Assembly (NCBI GenBank): GCA_965218795.1
Contig: OZ244653.1
Location: 2,624,001 to 2,688,000, forward strand
Source of the DNA: a bacterium
GTDB taxonomy: Bacteria > UBA8248 > JACPRG01 > G963555815
DNA length: 64,000 bases
Direction: 5' to 3'
Shown: positions 1-10,552 of the stretch, piece by piece
How positions within the stretch are numbered: position 1 is the first letter of the stretch
Layout: every line of letters starts with the position of its first letter
The notes under the pieces: model-generated
The model's input: the letters and a program-made list of their open reading frames with translations, nothing else
Databases searched by the model: none
What the model was told of the DNA's origin: nothing
Program-made: the position numbers and the translations under genes

Positions 1-75
1 CCGCCGAGAATCTGCTGTTCGTCGGCAGGCTGCTCGGCCACCGTCGGCACCGAGCGCAGTCCATGCACGGCCCCT
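1..75 (+). pseudogene. Tyrosine recombinase/integrase C-terminal remnant
   Basis: Frame from nt 3 reads AENLLFVGRLLGHRRHR, matching the integrase box II tail (GENL..VG.LLGH...T..Y). The catalytic Tyr region is degenerate. Confidence 0.7.
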
Positions 76-164
76 TCAGGGGCTTTTCCTGGGCGATTCA
101 GGGGACCTTTTCGGGGGGGGGGGGGGCCACTTGTCATTCACACGATGCCTGCCCCTGGTCCATC

Positions 165-238
165 AATCACTCCCCCCTTGAGGGGGAGTCGGCAAGGCAA
201 GGGCCCGGCCCGCGGATCTTGCCGGTGGGGGGAGACAA
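165..238. repeat. REP-like palindromic element
   Basis: Two hairpins, CTCCCCC/GGGGGAG and CGGCAAG/CTTGCCG. A near-identical copy lies at about 4846-4920. Confidence 0.7.
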
Positions 239-551
239 CTGCGCGCCTTCACGTGGCGAGGTGGCCTTTGCCGGTAATATATATAGATTCATTCTCAAGA
301 GCCGTGAGATCTCGTTATCATATTGATATTATTGGATAAGTCATGTTTTTCCTGCTCTTCTCTGGAACCCGCATTCCATAGTCCGTAATCAAAATGAAAG
401 CGGATTCGTTAAAACACACGCGCATCCAGAGGTGTTCCTGGCGGACCGTTACACCTTCACCCTAAAATAAAAAGTCCCACTCCGCAACAACTCGCTTATG
501 GTTAAGTCCGGTGCCCGGTAACGCCTATCCACGAACCACCGGTCCGGTCCC

Positions 552-651
552 TTACGCGCCGGAATACAGACGCGTACGGCGGATAAGTTTTTGCCATGGG
601 AACACATCGCTGCATAGTCTGAAGGTGTCCACCAAAGCCGGGGCAACTCCG
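552..651 (-). mobile_element. IS3-family left-end remnant
   Basis: Minus strand GGAGTTGCCCCG..GTGGACACCTTCAGACT..ATGGCAAAAACTTATCCGCCGTACGCG matches the left end and orfA start (MAKT.P.YA) of the IS at 31587. Confidence 0.8.
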
Positions 652-692
652 ATATGGGGACACGGATTCGCCTGTCAAAGGAGGCGCGTTGA

Positions 693-1220
693 ATGAAATT
701 CGTTTTGATTTCCGCATGTATATTCGTCCTTGCAACAATTTGTCATAGCGCCGCGGAACAGCCTTTGACCAAAGGTTACGTCAGGCGGCTTTTATCGAAC
801 CCGCCTCGACATCAGGAAAAACTGAGACCGGGGACGCTCCATGGTTGCGTCCACATACCCGCCAGGGGCTTCTTCCAAAGACTCATGGTGGGTTCTGAAA
901 TCACCGGAGAGAGCTGCTCCATCACCGTGAACCAGGACAACACCGCAAACGTCAGTTTCCTGGGAGATGACGCCATATCCCTGGTGAGCACGAGTACGGA
1001 GAGATACCTTACCGATATTTTTATCGGAGAATTGGGGAACGACCAGGTGCTCATCGTCCAGCATCATCGGGGCGAAGTCGTGTCGGTCACTCAGACTGTC
1101 TATGACAAAAACGGCGATGTGGTGTATGGCCGCTCCGGAGTCGGTGAATTCCTCAGGGAATGCAGTTTCGGAATGACGACGTCCGAAAGACTGGCCGGCA
1201 GAAAGAGGTGCAAAAAATAA
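693..1220 (+). CDS. Hypothetical secreted protein
   Basis: 175 aa with an N-terminal signal peptide (MKFVLISACIFVLATICHSA) and an upstream AGGAGG RBS. No family recognised. Confidence 0.7.
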   Translation: MKFVLISACIFVLATICHSAAEQPLTKGYVRRLLSNPPRHQEKLRPGTLHGCVHIPARGFFQRLMVGSEITGESCSITVNQDNTANVSFLGDDAISLVSTSTERYLTDIFIGELGNDQVLIVQHHRGEVVSVTQTVYDKNGDVVYGRSGVGEFLRECSFGMTTSERLAGRKRCKK

Positions 1221-1341
1221 GGGAACCATATACTCGGCCAGCCGTTCGCCGATGAACGGCGCATCGCTCGCGGCGTGTTCCATCAAGGGCTTGTCGGTCT
1301 CGGCCGCGACCTTCGCGCGGCCTGCCCGATGCGCTCGTCCT

Positions 1342-1785
1342 TCATCCCGGCCCGGGCCTCGTGCCCCGCCTCCCGGATGAAGGACGGTTGAAGATAAAAT
1401 CGAAGCTCAACCAAAGGCTCTTGGAATACCGTAAAAAAAACACTGGAAACAGGACGCAAAAGCCAGCCCACAGCAAAAGTTGCCAGTTGAGCGAGATGCT
1501 TGTGTAGACATCGAGAATGAAATACCCGGCCAACGCAATCAGCGTGGTCAACCCGTAATTGATGTATATCGCCCCAACGCAGTACCCCATTTCCGGCTCA
1601 CAAGGGAGCCCGCATTCGGGACACTCCGGAACCATCGAGAACAGGGTGTGGTAGAGCCTTCCCTTCCCGCATCGGGGGCACACGAGCCGCAGACCCCGCT
1701 TCAGAATCGTCATCGCCCGCGACGGGTCCAATCTTCCCATTGCGTCAACATGCTCCTTCGGCTCGGAAAGCCGACCTCCCGCCAT
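1342..1785 (-). CDS. DUF983-family zinc-ribbon membrane protein
   Basis: CPRCGKGRLY...CPECG followed by two hydrophobic helices. The true start may be an internal Met. Confidence 0.8.
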   Translation of the reverse strand: MAGGRLSEPKEHVDAMGRLDPSRAMTILKRGLRLVCPRCGKGRLYHTLFSMVPECPECGLPCEPEMGYCVGAIYINYGLTTLIALAGYFILDVYTSISLNWQLLLWAGFCVLFPVFFLRYSKSLWLSFDFIFNRPSSGRRGTRPGPG

Positions 1786-2009
1786 TCGAAGGAGGAAGCG
1801 CGCCCTGGAGAAGCGGCGCGACGCCGTCTCCCTACCAGCGGAGCGAGCCGCGAAGGGCTACGCCGTGTTCGGGCTCCTCATCGCCCGCGTCCTCCGCCCG
1901 GTCTCGCGGGCGGTCAGGATTCAGCCGCTGCGCGGGCTCAGGCGCATGGTGGAATAGGCCGGAGGCACGGTTGCGCTGTGCGGGTGGAAGGGGAGCCGGG
2001 ATGGTCCCT

Positions 2010-2240
2010 GGTCCGACACGGACCCGCCGGGATACGCGGGAGTTTTAATGAATCCGCTTTCGTTTTGATTACATGCTGTAACAGGCGGGTTCCGAACGGA
2101 ATTGGAGAAAATGTATATTTATAATCATATCAATATGATATGAGGATCTTACGGCTTATGAAAACGGCTCGATGTATCTGGGTTGAAAGGGCCGTGCATC
2201 GACCGTGCTCGATGCCGCCGGCGCCCGAGGCCTTTTCCTC
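2010..2240 (-). repeat. Integrase-tail repeat, copy B (inverted)
   Basis: Reverse complement has CGGCGGCATCGAGCACGGTCGATGCACGGCCC and the core TAATCAAAACGAAAGCGGATTCATTAAAAC (2042-2071; 28/30 to copy A). Confidence 0.85.
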
Positions 2241-2297
2241 CGCGTTCGAGAACTTTGTCGATATCGCGATTGTTGCGGATTCACAAGGAGAAACCCC

Positions 2298-2699
2298 ATG
2301 ACGCACGATGAGGCCCTGGCCTTCCTGAACGAGCAGCGCCATGGCGTTCTGAGCACATTGTTGGAAGACCGCAGGCCGCACCCCACGCCGATCATGTTCG
2401 ATTACCAGGACGGGGTCGTGGAAACCTCCATGACCTGGGATCGCGTGAAAGCCAGAAACCTCAAGCGAGACCCGAGGGCCACGCTTTGCGTGCTGCCGCA
2501 GGACAGGTTCCACCCCTATCTTTGCGTGGAAGGAGATGCGACGCTCGTCGAAGACCCCGATGGTCTGAAAAACCTCGACCTGTACCGGCGCATCACCGGA
2601 AAAGACCCGGATGATCTCGATGAATATCTACAAGCGATGAAAGATGAGAAACGACTCGTGACACGGCTGAGCGTCAAGCGTATGTATCCCCTCACCTGA
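2298..2699 (+). CDS. PPOX-class (pyridoxamine 5'-phosphate oxidase-like, probably F420-dependent) oxidoreductase
   Basis: GVLSTL..D.RPH.TPI and K.RNL.RDPR.TLCV motifs. RBS AAGGAG precedes ATG 2298. Confidence 0.85.
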   Translation: MTHDEALAFLNEQRHGVLSTLLEDRRPHPTPIMFDYQDGVVETSMTWDRVKARNLKRDPRATLCVLPQDRFHPYLCVEGDATLVEDPDGLKNLDLYRRITGKDPDDLDEYLQAMKDEKRLVTRLSVKRMYPLT

Positions 2700-2816
2700 T
2701 CCGGCGAGCCTGAAGGGGGGGACGGACAACAAACCCCGCCGCTCATCCGCGCTCACCCGGCCCTTGTTCCGTGCTATGGTTCGGAGCCAATTCATCGCGC
2801 AGAGGAGGACGTTTCC

Positions 2817-3134
2817 ATGGCTGTCACTGCAATCGTTCGCTTCACGCTTCCAGAGGGCAAGACCCAGGAGGACATGGCCGCGGCTTATGAGAAATCCGCG
2901 CCGCTCTACCGGGACGTTCCCGGCCTGGTGCGCAAATACTATCTGTTGTCCGAGGACGTGCGGACCGGCGGAGGCGTGTATCTCTTCGAATCGCGCGCCG
3001 ATGCCGAGCGGCTGTACGACGAGGCTTGGCGGGCCGGACTGCGCGAGCGTCTGGGAGTCGAAGCGAGTATCGAATACTTCGACTCGCCCGTCATCGTCGA
3101 CAACGAGGTCGGGGCCATTTCCACCGCATCCTAG
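2817..3134 (+). CDS. YdhR-like putative monooxygenase (dimeric alpha-beta barrel)
   Basis: VPGLVRKYYL..D..TGGGVYLFES motif; GAGGAGG RBS. Confidence 0.8.
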   Translation: MAVTAIVRFTLPEGKTQEDMAAAYEKSAPLYRDVPGLVRKYYLLSEDVRTGGGVYLFESRADAERLYDEAWRAGLRERLGVEASIEYFDSPVIVDNEVGAISTAS

Positions 3135-3159
3135 CGTGGTCGCAGAGCCTGCCGATGGT

Positions 3160-4688
3160 GGGGCTGTTGAAAAAGCCGGTTTCGAGACCGGGCGCATGCA
3201 GGATCACGTGGCGGCGGCCGCCCGCAAGTCTGTTCGGGGTGTGTGGGCGTGATGGACATGCAGCGGCTCTTGTCCGGCAACGCGGGCCGTCCAATTGGCC
3301 AATAGGATGGCAACAAGGGCGGCCCCAAGCCGCTTGAGATTGATCGCCGCGGCCGTCATGTAGGCCTGGACCTTCATGTTGTCGAGACCGCGCCGGACCG
3401 CGCGCCCGAGGCCGTGCCAGAGCTTCGCCTCGCCGTGGAAGCCTTCCGAACGCCAGAGGTGGCGTTGGTACAGGCGCCGGTCGTCCTCGCTCCATCGCGC
3501 ATGCCGGCGCCGCGCCCTGAGCAGCGCCGGATAGTCATGCGGAAGCACCACCTCCTTGTTGATGCGCGTCTTCGGCAGACACTCGCTCCGAAGCGGACAG
3601 CGCGCGCAGTCGCCGGCCCTGGAATGGAAAACCGCCCGCGCCCGGTGACCCGCAGGGGACGCAGGAGCTTTCCCCGCGGGCACTTCACGATGTTGTTCCG
3701 GGCGTCGTAGCGGAAGCGACGCAGGGGAACCCGGCTCCTGGGCGGATCTCTCCGTGCCGGGATGAGCGGATCAATGCCGCGGCGCTCCAGCCCGCCATAG
3801 ACCTGGGCGTAGGCATAACCGGCATCGGCCGTCACCGTCGCGATCTCCCGACCCGCGACCTCCCGAACCTCATCCACCTGAGCCTCGATCATCTCGCGCT
3901 CGTTCACCGCTCCCGTCGTCACAGAAACGTCCAGCACCACGCCTCTCACGTCGTCCACCGCCGTGTGCTGCTTGTAGCACGGCTCGAGCCGCCGGTTGCA
4001 CGCCGAGGTCGCCAGGCTCGGTCCGCATCGGTGCGGCTCACCTTCCTGGACTTGCCGCGCCGACCGCCTCTGTTCTTCTCCCCTTCAACCTCCTCCTCCC
4101 CGCGGTTCTCCGTCATCACCTCATCCACATGCCGCTCCACCAGGCTCTCCCAGCTGACATCGGCGCGGACCAGCGAGGCATCGATGTGCACAACCTCGGC
4201 CGTGGCGACCTTCGCCTCCAGGCAGGCCCTCACCGTGCGCTGGAATATCTCCCGGAACCGCCTCTCGCCCCAGCGCTGGCGGATCCGGGTCAGGCTCGAA
4301 TGGTCGGGCACACGCTCGTGCAAGCCATAGCCGATGAACCACCGGATCGCGATGTTCACCTGCGCTTCCCGCATCAGCCTGCGGTCGTGCACGATGCCCA
4401 GCAGCAGGCCGGCGAGCATCAACCGCACCGCCACCTCCGGATCGATACCGGGCCGACCGTTGTCCGGGCAATAGCAGTCCGCCACTTCCTCACGTAGCCA
4501 GCCCAGGTCGAGAACACGGTCCACACGCGCCAGTATGTGATCCTCGGGCACCAGCTGCTCAAGCGAGCCGGTGATGAATAACGCCATCTGATCCCGCCCC
4601 TTCCGTCCCAACATCTCGTGGCCTCCCTGTCTCAAGCACAAAATATCGATACACGGAATCACAGAACCAGGACTTTTTCAACAGACCC
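3160..4688 (-). mobile_element. IS1182-family IS with frameshifted transposase
   Basis: Terminal IRs GGGGCTGTTGAAAAAG / GGGTCTGTTGAAAAAG. The transposase is split over three frames (GRPGIDPEV, HIDAS, TADAGY, EGFHGEAK..HGL). Confidence 0.9.
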
Positions 4689-4689
4689 C

Positions 4690-4925
4690 TTGTCGGCAGG
4701 TTTTCGCCGGGCATCGGCGGCATCGAGCAAGGTCGATGCACGGCCCTTGCAACCCCGTTGCAAGGGCTTTTCACGGGCGATTCAGGGGTCTTTTTCGGAG
4801 GGATTTTCCACTTGTCATTCCCGTGGATGCCTTCCCCTGTTCCTTCAATCACTCCACCCTTGAGGGGGAGTCGGCAAGACAAGGGCGCAGCCCGCGGATC
4901 TTGCCGGTGGGGGGGAGAGACGGCT
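4690..4925 (+). repeat. Integrase-tail repeat, copy C, with REP-like element
   Basis: Aligns to 20-240 (GGCATCGAGCAAGGTCGATGCACGGCCC...GATTCAGGGG...REP) but lacks the AT-rich core. Confidence 0.8.
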
Positions 4926-4958
4926 GTTCGGCTTGATGCGGCGGGGGGAGGCCCGAGG

Positions 4959-5891
4959 CTACTCCGCGTCTTTGGAATAGGGGCGCCCCAGGGCCTCAGG
5001 ATAGATGGACCGGCCCACCAGACCCGCCAGGGCAATGATGGTCAACACATACGGGATCATCAGGAGGAATTGATAGGGGACCTCAAATCCTTTGACTTGC
5101 AACCTCAACTGTACCGCATCCGCCACGCCAAAAATGAGCACCGCTCCCCAGACCCCGAACGGATTCCACTTACCGAAGATCACAGCCGCCAGGGCGATAA
5201 ACCCTCGACCCCCCGTCATTCCATCTGCAAACATCTTGACCTGCCCCAAGGAGAGAAAGCACCCTCCCATGCCCGCCAAGAGACCGCCCAGGATGGTGCT
5301 GAAGTAGCGGATGAAGGGGACGCTGATCCCCGCGGTGTCTGCCGCTCTGGGTTGCTCTCCGACCGAACGGATATTCAGCCCCAATTTGGTTTTGGCCAGA
5401 ACAAACCATGTCAACGGCACCAAAATCATAGCGATATAGACTAAGCTATTCTGTCGGAACAGGACTTCCCCCAGGAACGGGATAGAACTCAGGACGGGAA
5501 TTTCGATCGTTGGAAAAGACTTCACCAGGACAGGTTTCGGTGAAATTCCGAAGATCGAGCGAAAAAAGAATGTCGTCAGGCCCAGAGCGAGGATGTTGAT
5601 TGCCACACCGCTGACAATCTGGTCGGCCTGAACTGTAATCGACACAACCGCATGGATGAGCGCAAGGAAACCTCCCGCGGCCATCCCCACCAGCAGGCCC
5701 ACCCAAGGATTGCCGCTGTAATGAGCGCCCAGCACCCCTCCCAGCGCGCCCGCCAGCATCATTCCTTCCACACCGATGTTGAGGACTCCTGAGCGTTCGG
5801 CAATGGTCTCGCCCAGCGCCGCCAACAAGACCGGGGTGCTCAACCGGACAGATGCGGCGAACAAGAGAACCAGAAAGGCGAGCCCGTCCAT
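4959..5891 (-). CDS. ABC transporter permease (nucleoside/BMP type, NupC-like)
   Basis: ERSGVLNIGVEGMM, GRGFIALAAVIFGKW and PYVLTI motifs. Confidence 0.92.
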   Translation of the reverse strand: MDGLAFLVLLFAASVRLSTPVLLAALGETIAERSGVLNIGVEGMMLAGALGGVLGAHYSGNPWVGLLVGMAAGGFLALIHAVVSITVQADQIVSGVAINILALGLTTFFFRSIFGISPKPVLVKSFPTIEIPVLSSIPFLGEVLFRQNSLVYIAMILVPLTWFVLAKTKLGLNIRSVGEQPRAADTAGISVPFIRYFSTILGGLLAGMGGCFLSLGQVKMFADGMTGGRGFIALAAVIFGKWNPFGVWGAVLIFGVADAVQLRLQVKGFEVPYQFLLMIPYVLTIIALAGLVGRSIYPEALGRPYSKDAE

Positions 5892-6961
5892 CAGCGGCGA
5901 CGCCTCCCAGCGAGTTGGCTCATGCGGAGAACCAGAAAGTTCGTACAGAGAATAAACAGTATGACCAGTCCCTGGAGACAATAGATGATGGCAACGGGAA
6001 CCCCGATGCTGCGCTGGACCATGTTTCCGCCGACGCGCAGCGCCCCGAAGAAGATGGCCGCCGGGACGACGCCCAGCGGATGCGCCTTGCCCAGTAGGGC
6101 CACGGCAATCGCGTCAAACCCATAGCCCGGGGAGATTCCGTCGAGAAGTCGATGATGGATTCCGCCGATCTCTCCGAATCCGGCCAACCCCGCCAATCCT
6201 CCACTGAGGGTCATGGCCCAAGTCACGTTCCGGGATACGTTGATGCCCCCGAACTCGGCCGCCTGCGGGTTGGACCCGACCATCCTGACCTCATAGCCTA
6301 GGGTCGAGTAATAAAGGAGGATGTATACGCAGATCACTGCGAATACCCCGACCAGAAATCCCGCATGGAGGCGAGTCCCCGAAACCAGGGTCGGAAGGAA
6401 GGCTTGCGAGGCGATTCGATCCGTCTGGGGGAAGAAACCGGAGGCCTCTCGCATGGGCTTGTCCACCATATAGCTCACAAGGTGGATGGCTACGTAATTC
6501 AGCATGATCGTGGTGATGATTTCGTTAGCGCCTGTCTTCGCTTTCAGGAAGCCGGTGACCCCCCCCCAAACGGCGCCGATGAGGGCGGCCGCAATGGCTG
6601 AGAAAAGAATCAGGAACCCCCCGGGCCAGGACGTAAAAGTCAGACCCACCCACGTGGCGGCCAATGCCCCCATATAAATCTGACCCTCGGCGCCAATGTT
6701 GAAGAGTCCGCACTGGAATGCGAGGGCCACACCGAGACCCGCCAGCATGAGAGGACAGGCCTTCGTGAGGGTTTCGGTGATGCCGTGAAGACTGCCGAAA
6801 GACCCGATGAACAGGAACTTGTAAGCCTCGATCGGGTTTTTTCCCACCAAAAGGATCAGTACGGCTTCAATGGCGAGGGCCAGGACGATTGCGATGACGG
6901 TCCCTGCCACCGCCGTAAAAGCCGAAGGGCTTTTTCCCCGAACGACGTCGATGAGCTTCAT
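5891..6961 (-). CDS. ABC transporter permease (NupB-like)
   Basis: GLFNIGAEGQ, NEIITTIMLN and GYGFDAIAVALLG motifs. Confidence 0.92.
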   Translation of the reverse strand: MKLIDVVRGKSPSAFTAVAGTVIAIVLALAIEAVLILLVGKNPIEAYKFLFIGSFGSLHGITETLTKACPLMLAGLGVALAFQCGLFNIGAEGQIYMGALAATWVGLTFTSWPGGFLILFSAIAAALIGAVWGGVTGFLKAKTGANEIITTIMLNYVAIHLVSYMVDKPMREASGFFPQTDRIASQAFLPTLVSGTRLHAGFLVGVFAVICVYILLYYSTLGYEVRMVGSNPQAAEFGGINVSRNVTWAMTLSGGLAGLAGFGEIGGIHHRLLDGISPGYGFDAIAVALLGKAHPLGVVPAAIFFGALRVGGNMVQRSIGVPVAIIYCLQGLVILFILCTNFLVLRMSQLAGRRRR

Positions 6962-6979
6962 GAGCAGCCCCAGGGCGAT

Positions 6980-8500
6980 TTACGCCGGCGCCTGCGACTT
7001 GGCCCCGGCCATCATCAAGCCGAGGTCCTGAACGTCGGCTTCTTGTTGACTCACCTCTCCGACAATCCGTCCTTCGTACAACACGGCAATCCGGTCGGCC
7101 AGGGAGAGAATCTCGTTCAGCTCCGTGGAAATTAACAAAATGGCCGTCCCGCGCCGGCGCTGGCTAAGAATCTCGTTGTGGACGAACTCCGTCGCTCCAA
7201 CATCCAGGCCCTGGGTGGGCTGCACGGCCACCAGAACCTTGGGTTGTCGCGTCAGGGCCCGGGACAGGATCACCTTTTGTAGATTTCCTCCCGACAGGTT
7301 CTTGGCAGACAAGTGGATCGAAGGGGTCCGGACGTCGTATTCCTTCACCAGCCGCCGGGCATGGACCTCCATCGCCCGACGACGCATGAGACCAAACTTG
7401 CTGAACGGAATCTGCCGGTGGGACTCCAGGATGAAATTCTCCAGCAGGGAATGATCCAAGGCCACGCCCCGATTCCTCCGATCGGCGGGAATGTGGGCCA
7501 CTCCCTTCTGGATGATCCGCTTCGGCGGGAGGTTGGTGATTTCCTCCCCTTGCACCAGGACCTGTCCGGACTTGGCCTTTCGCAGGCCGGTCAATACATC
7601 TGCCAACTCCGTCTGTCCGTTGCCGTCGACGCCGGCGATTCCCAGCACCTCTCCCGCTTTGACATTGAGGGAGATATCCCGGACCGCCGGCATGCCTCGC
7701 GCATCCTGGACGTTGAGTCCCTGAACCTGCAGCACCGGATCCCCCACCAGGACCGTCTCGCGATTCAGCCGAAACAGAACTTCCCGTCCCACCATGAGCC
7801 GGGCGAGAGAGCGCTCGTCGGTCTCCCGGGTGGCCAGGGTTGCAACCCGCTTTCCGTCTCGAAGAACGGTCACACGATCGCTTACTTGCATCACCTCATT
7901 CAGTTTGTGTGTGATGAAGATCATCCCATGTCCCTGCTCGGACAGGGATCGAAGCATCGAAAGCAACTCCGTCACTTCCTGGGGAACCAGGACGGAGGTG
8001 GGCTCATCCAGAACCAAGAGTTCCGCACCGCGGTACAGAGCCTTGACAATCTCAACCCGCTGCTGCTGCCCGACCGAGAGTTGCCAAACCCGGGCGCTGG
8101 GGTCAACCTGCAACCCCAGCCTCCGGGACAGTTTCAGGATTTTTCGTTCCGCACGGGCAAGGCCCAGCATGGGGCCACGGGGGGAGTGCGTGCCCAAGAC
8201 AACATTTTCGACCACGGTGTGTCGGGGCACGAGCATGAGGTGTTGATGAACCATCCCGATGCCCAGGGCGATCGCGTCGCTCGGAGACCGGAGCGTAACC
8301 GGTCTCCCCTGGAAGAGGATTCGGCCTTCATCCGGCTGGTGAAGCCCGTAGAGGATGTTCATCAGCGTGGTCTTACCCGCCCCGTTCTCTCCCAAAAGGG
8401 CGTGGACCTCTCCCGGTTTCACCATCAGATCAACGTAATCATTGGCCAAAACACCGGGAAATCGCTTGCAGATTCCTTCCATCCGTAACAGGTCGGCCAT
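6980..8500 (-). CDS. ABC transporter ATP-binding protein, double NBD (NupA-like)
   Basis: GENGAGKT, LSVGQQQRVEI, LDEPT and LSGGNLQK motifs. Confidence 0.95.
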   Translation of the reverse strand: MADLLRMEGICKRFPGVLANDYVDLMVKPGEVHALLGENGAGKTTLMNILYGLHQPDEGRILFQGRPVTLRSPSDAIALGIGMVHQHLMLVPRHTVVENVVLGTHSPRGPMLGLARAERKILKLSRRLGLQVDPSARVWQLSVGQQQRVEIVKALYRGAELLVLDEPTSVLVPQEVTELLSMLRSLSEQGHGMIFITHKLNEVMQVSDRVTVLRDGKRVATLATRETDERSLARLMVGREVLFRLNRETVLVGDPVLQVQGLNVQDARGMPAVRDISLNVKAGEVLGIAGVDGNGQTELADVLTGLRKAKSGQVLVQGEEITNLPPKRIIQKGVAHIPADRRNRGVALDHSLLENFILESHRQIPFSKFGLMRRRAMEVHARRLVKEYDVRTPSIHLSAKNLSGGNLQKVILSRALTRQPKVLVAVQPTQGLDVGATEFVHNEILSQRRRGTAILLISTELNEILSLADRIAVLYEGRIVGEVSQQEADVQDLGLMMAGAKSQAPA

Positions 8501-8885
8501 GCTCTTTCCTCACAAGGAGAGAGACCCGCGTCGGCGAATCTCGCGAATTCGACCTACCTTGTGGCACATGGGGATGAACAGCTCATCGAGAACTCCCGTC
8601 CGGCGCATTCACCGGATGGGGCGGTCATGATAGGGTGGGTGTAGGTTGAGACGGATTTTGACGGTCTATTCGTCATGGTCAGGCCGGAATCGGCGCCGCG
8701 CCCAAGCTACAATCGATCGCTTCGTTTCCAAGCCCCATCCGACGAACTTTCACTTTGGTGCTTCGCGCGCGAAGGGCCTGCCAATTATACACAAAGGAAC
8801 GCAGACCACGATGCGGTAATTCCTTGGAAATCGGTTCCGGGCTCGGACTCGTCCACGGGAGCCGTCGGTTGGAGGAAATGACAGA

Positions 8886-10355
8886 ATGGGAACGTTGCTC
8901 ATCAAGCAAGCGCATGGGATTGATCTAAAGGCGCCATTCGAGTCGAGAGACATCTACATTTCGGGCGGGCGTATCTCCGAGATTGCGCCCGAGGTCCGGC
9001 GCCCTGCAGACCGCACGATTGAAGCGGCCGGAAAATTCGTGATCCCCGGCCTGATCGACGCCCACAAGCACTCTCACCAGGATTTGTTCAAGGGCTTGAC
9101 CGATAACATGCCCCTCGAGCCCTGGTTGGTCTTTGCCGTCCACTCTGGACGCGAGCTCAGCCCCCGTGAACTCTACGTCAGCGCCGCCGTCGGGGCACTG
9201 GAGGAACTCAAGCTGGGGACCACGGCCGTCATGGACAACCCCGGCTTCAACCCCTTTGAGTTCGAGCCCAACGTCGAGGCGGTGATCCAGGCTTATGTTG
9301 ATACGGGGATCCGGGCCGGCGTCGCGCCCATTTATGAGGATCTGGACATCTACGATTCCTTTCCCTTCCAGATACTGGATCCTCTCCCTACGGTTCCCAA
9401 ATTGGAAAGGGAGCGCCCCAAGCCTTCGGACTTGGAGCCGGCCTTGCGGGATTTTCTGTCCCGATGGAACGGATCGGATGATCGAATTCGGCTCTACCTG
9501 AGCCCCTCGGGGCCAGGGAGATGCAGCCGCGAGGTCTTGGAGCTCACCGTGGGGCTCGCCAAGGAGTTTGACGTCGGAATCCATTCGCACCTGCACGAGA
9601 CCAAGGCGGAAGTGATCGCAATGGGAAGCGTCTACGAGGAGACCGTCACGGAATATCTCCGCCATATCGATTTTCTCGGCCCCAACTGCTCATTCGCTCA
9701 CGGCGTCTGGCTGAACGATGCCGAGATCGAGACCCTCGCCGACACCGGGACCAGCGTCATCCATAGTCCCGTCAGCAACGCAAAGCTCGGGAGCGGAGTG
9801 GCGCCCGTGCAAAGGATGCGCCAGCGCGGGCTGAGCGTGGCATTGGGCACCGACGACGTGAGTTGCAACGACAATCACAACATGTTCGAGGTCATGAAGC
9901 TGGCCGGGCTGCTGCACAAGCTATACGGAAACCCGGCCGCCTGGCTGGGGGCGCGAGACGTACTGGACATGTGCTGGACGGGGGGTGCAAGAATTCTCGG
10001 GCAGCCTATCGGGGCTCTGGAAGAAGGCGCGCTGGCGGACTTGGTGATTCTGGGCGGATCGAACCTGTATCCCATGCCCAAGGAGAATTTCCTCACCCAA
10101 CTGGTTTTCAGCGAGTTGGGTTCATCGGTCGAGACCGTGATCGTTGGAGGGGAGATCGTTGTTGAGGGCGGAAAGGTTCTCACGGTCAATGAAGAGGATC
10201 TGTACCGCGAAGCACGAGAGATCGTTCAAAGAACGTACGAGGACCTTCCCAATCGGTCGAAGGCCCTGGAGCCTCACGCCGCCCTGCTTGAACGGATGGA
10301 TGAAGCCGTTCGGGGAGTTTCCCTGCCCTTTTCGAGAACCGTGGGCGGGGCATGA
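8886..10355 (+). CDS. Amidohydrolase (MTA/SAH deaminase / AtzA-like)
   Basis: PGLIDAHKH, HSHLHE, AHGVW, SNAKLGSG and LGTD motifs. Confidence 0.9.
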   Translation: MGTLLIKQAHGIDLKAPFESRDIYISGGRISEIAPEVRRPADRTIEAAGKFVIPGLIDAHKHSHQDLFKGLTDNMPLEPWLVFAVHSGRELSPRELYVSAAVGALEELKLGTTAVMDNPGFNPFEFEPNVEAVIQAYVDTGIRAGVAPIYEDLDIYDSFPFQILDPLPTVPKLERERPKPSDLEPALRDFLSRWNGSDDRIRLYLSPSGPGRCSREVLELTVGLAKEFDVGIHSHLHETKAEVIAMGSVYEETVTEYLRHIDFLGPNCSFAHGVWLNDAEIETLADTGTSVIHSPVSNAKLGSGVAPVQRMRQRGLSVALGTDDVSCNDNHNMFEVMKLAGLLHKLYGNPAAWLGARDVLDMCWTGGARILGQPIGALEEGALADLVILGGSNLYPMPKENFLTQLVFSELGSSVETVIVGGEIVVEGGKVLTVNEEDLYREAREIVQRTYEDLPNRSKALEPHAALLERMDEAVRGVSLPFSRTVGGA

Positions 10356-10552
10356 AGCCTGAACAACACGGCGCGCGGTCCGGGTGAAACGTAGGTCCGC
10401 GATCATCCTGGGGTCCCGGGTCCCGAGAGGTCAGTCCATACCTCCCGCTGCACCCGCCTCTACCCGGCTTTCATGGAGACCCCGCATACCGGAGCGGCCA
10501 CCCCGGATTCCCCGGCAGCGACGGGCTTGGACGTTTCCGAATGCCGCTGGCG

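Larger units (their letters stand above)
1..550 (+). repeat. Integrase-tail repeat, copy A
   Basis: Core TAATCAAAATGAAAGCGGATTCGTTAAAAC at 386-415 is identical to 14911-14940. Flanks align with 2010-2240(-), 4690-4925 and 14700-16035. Confidence 0.85.
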
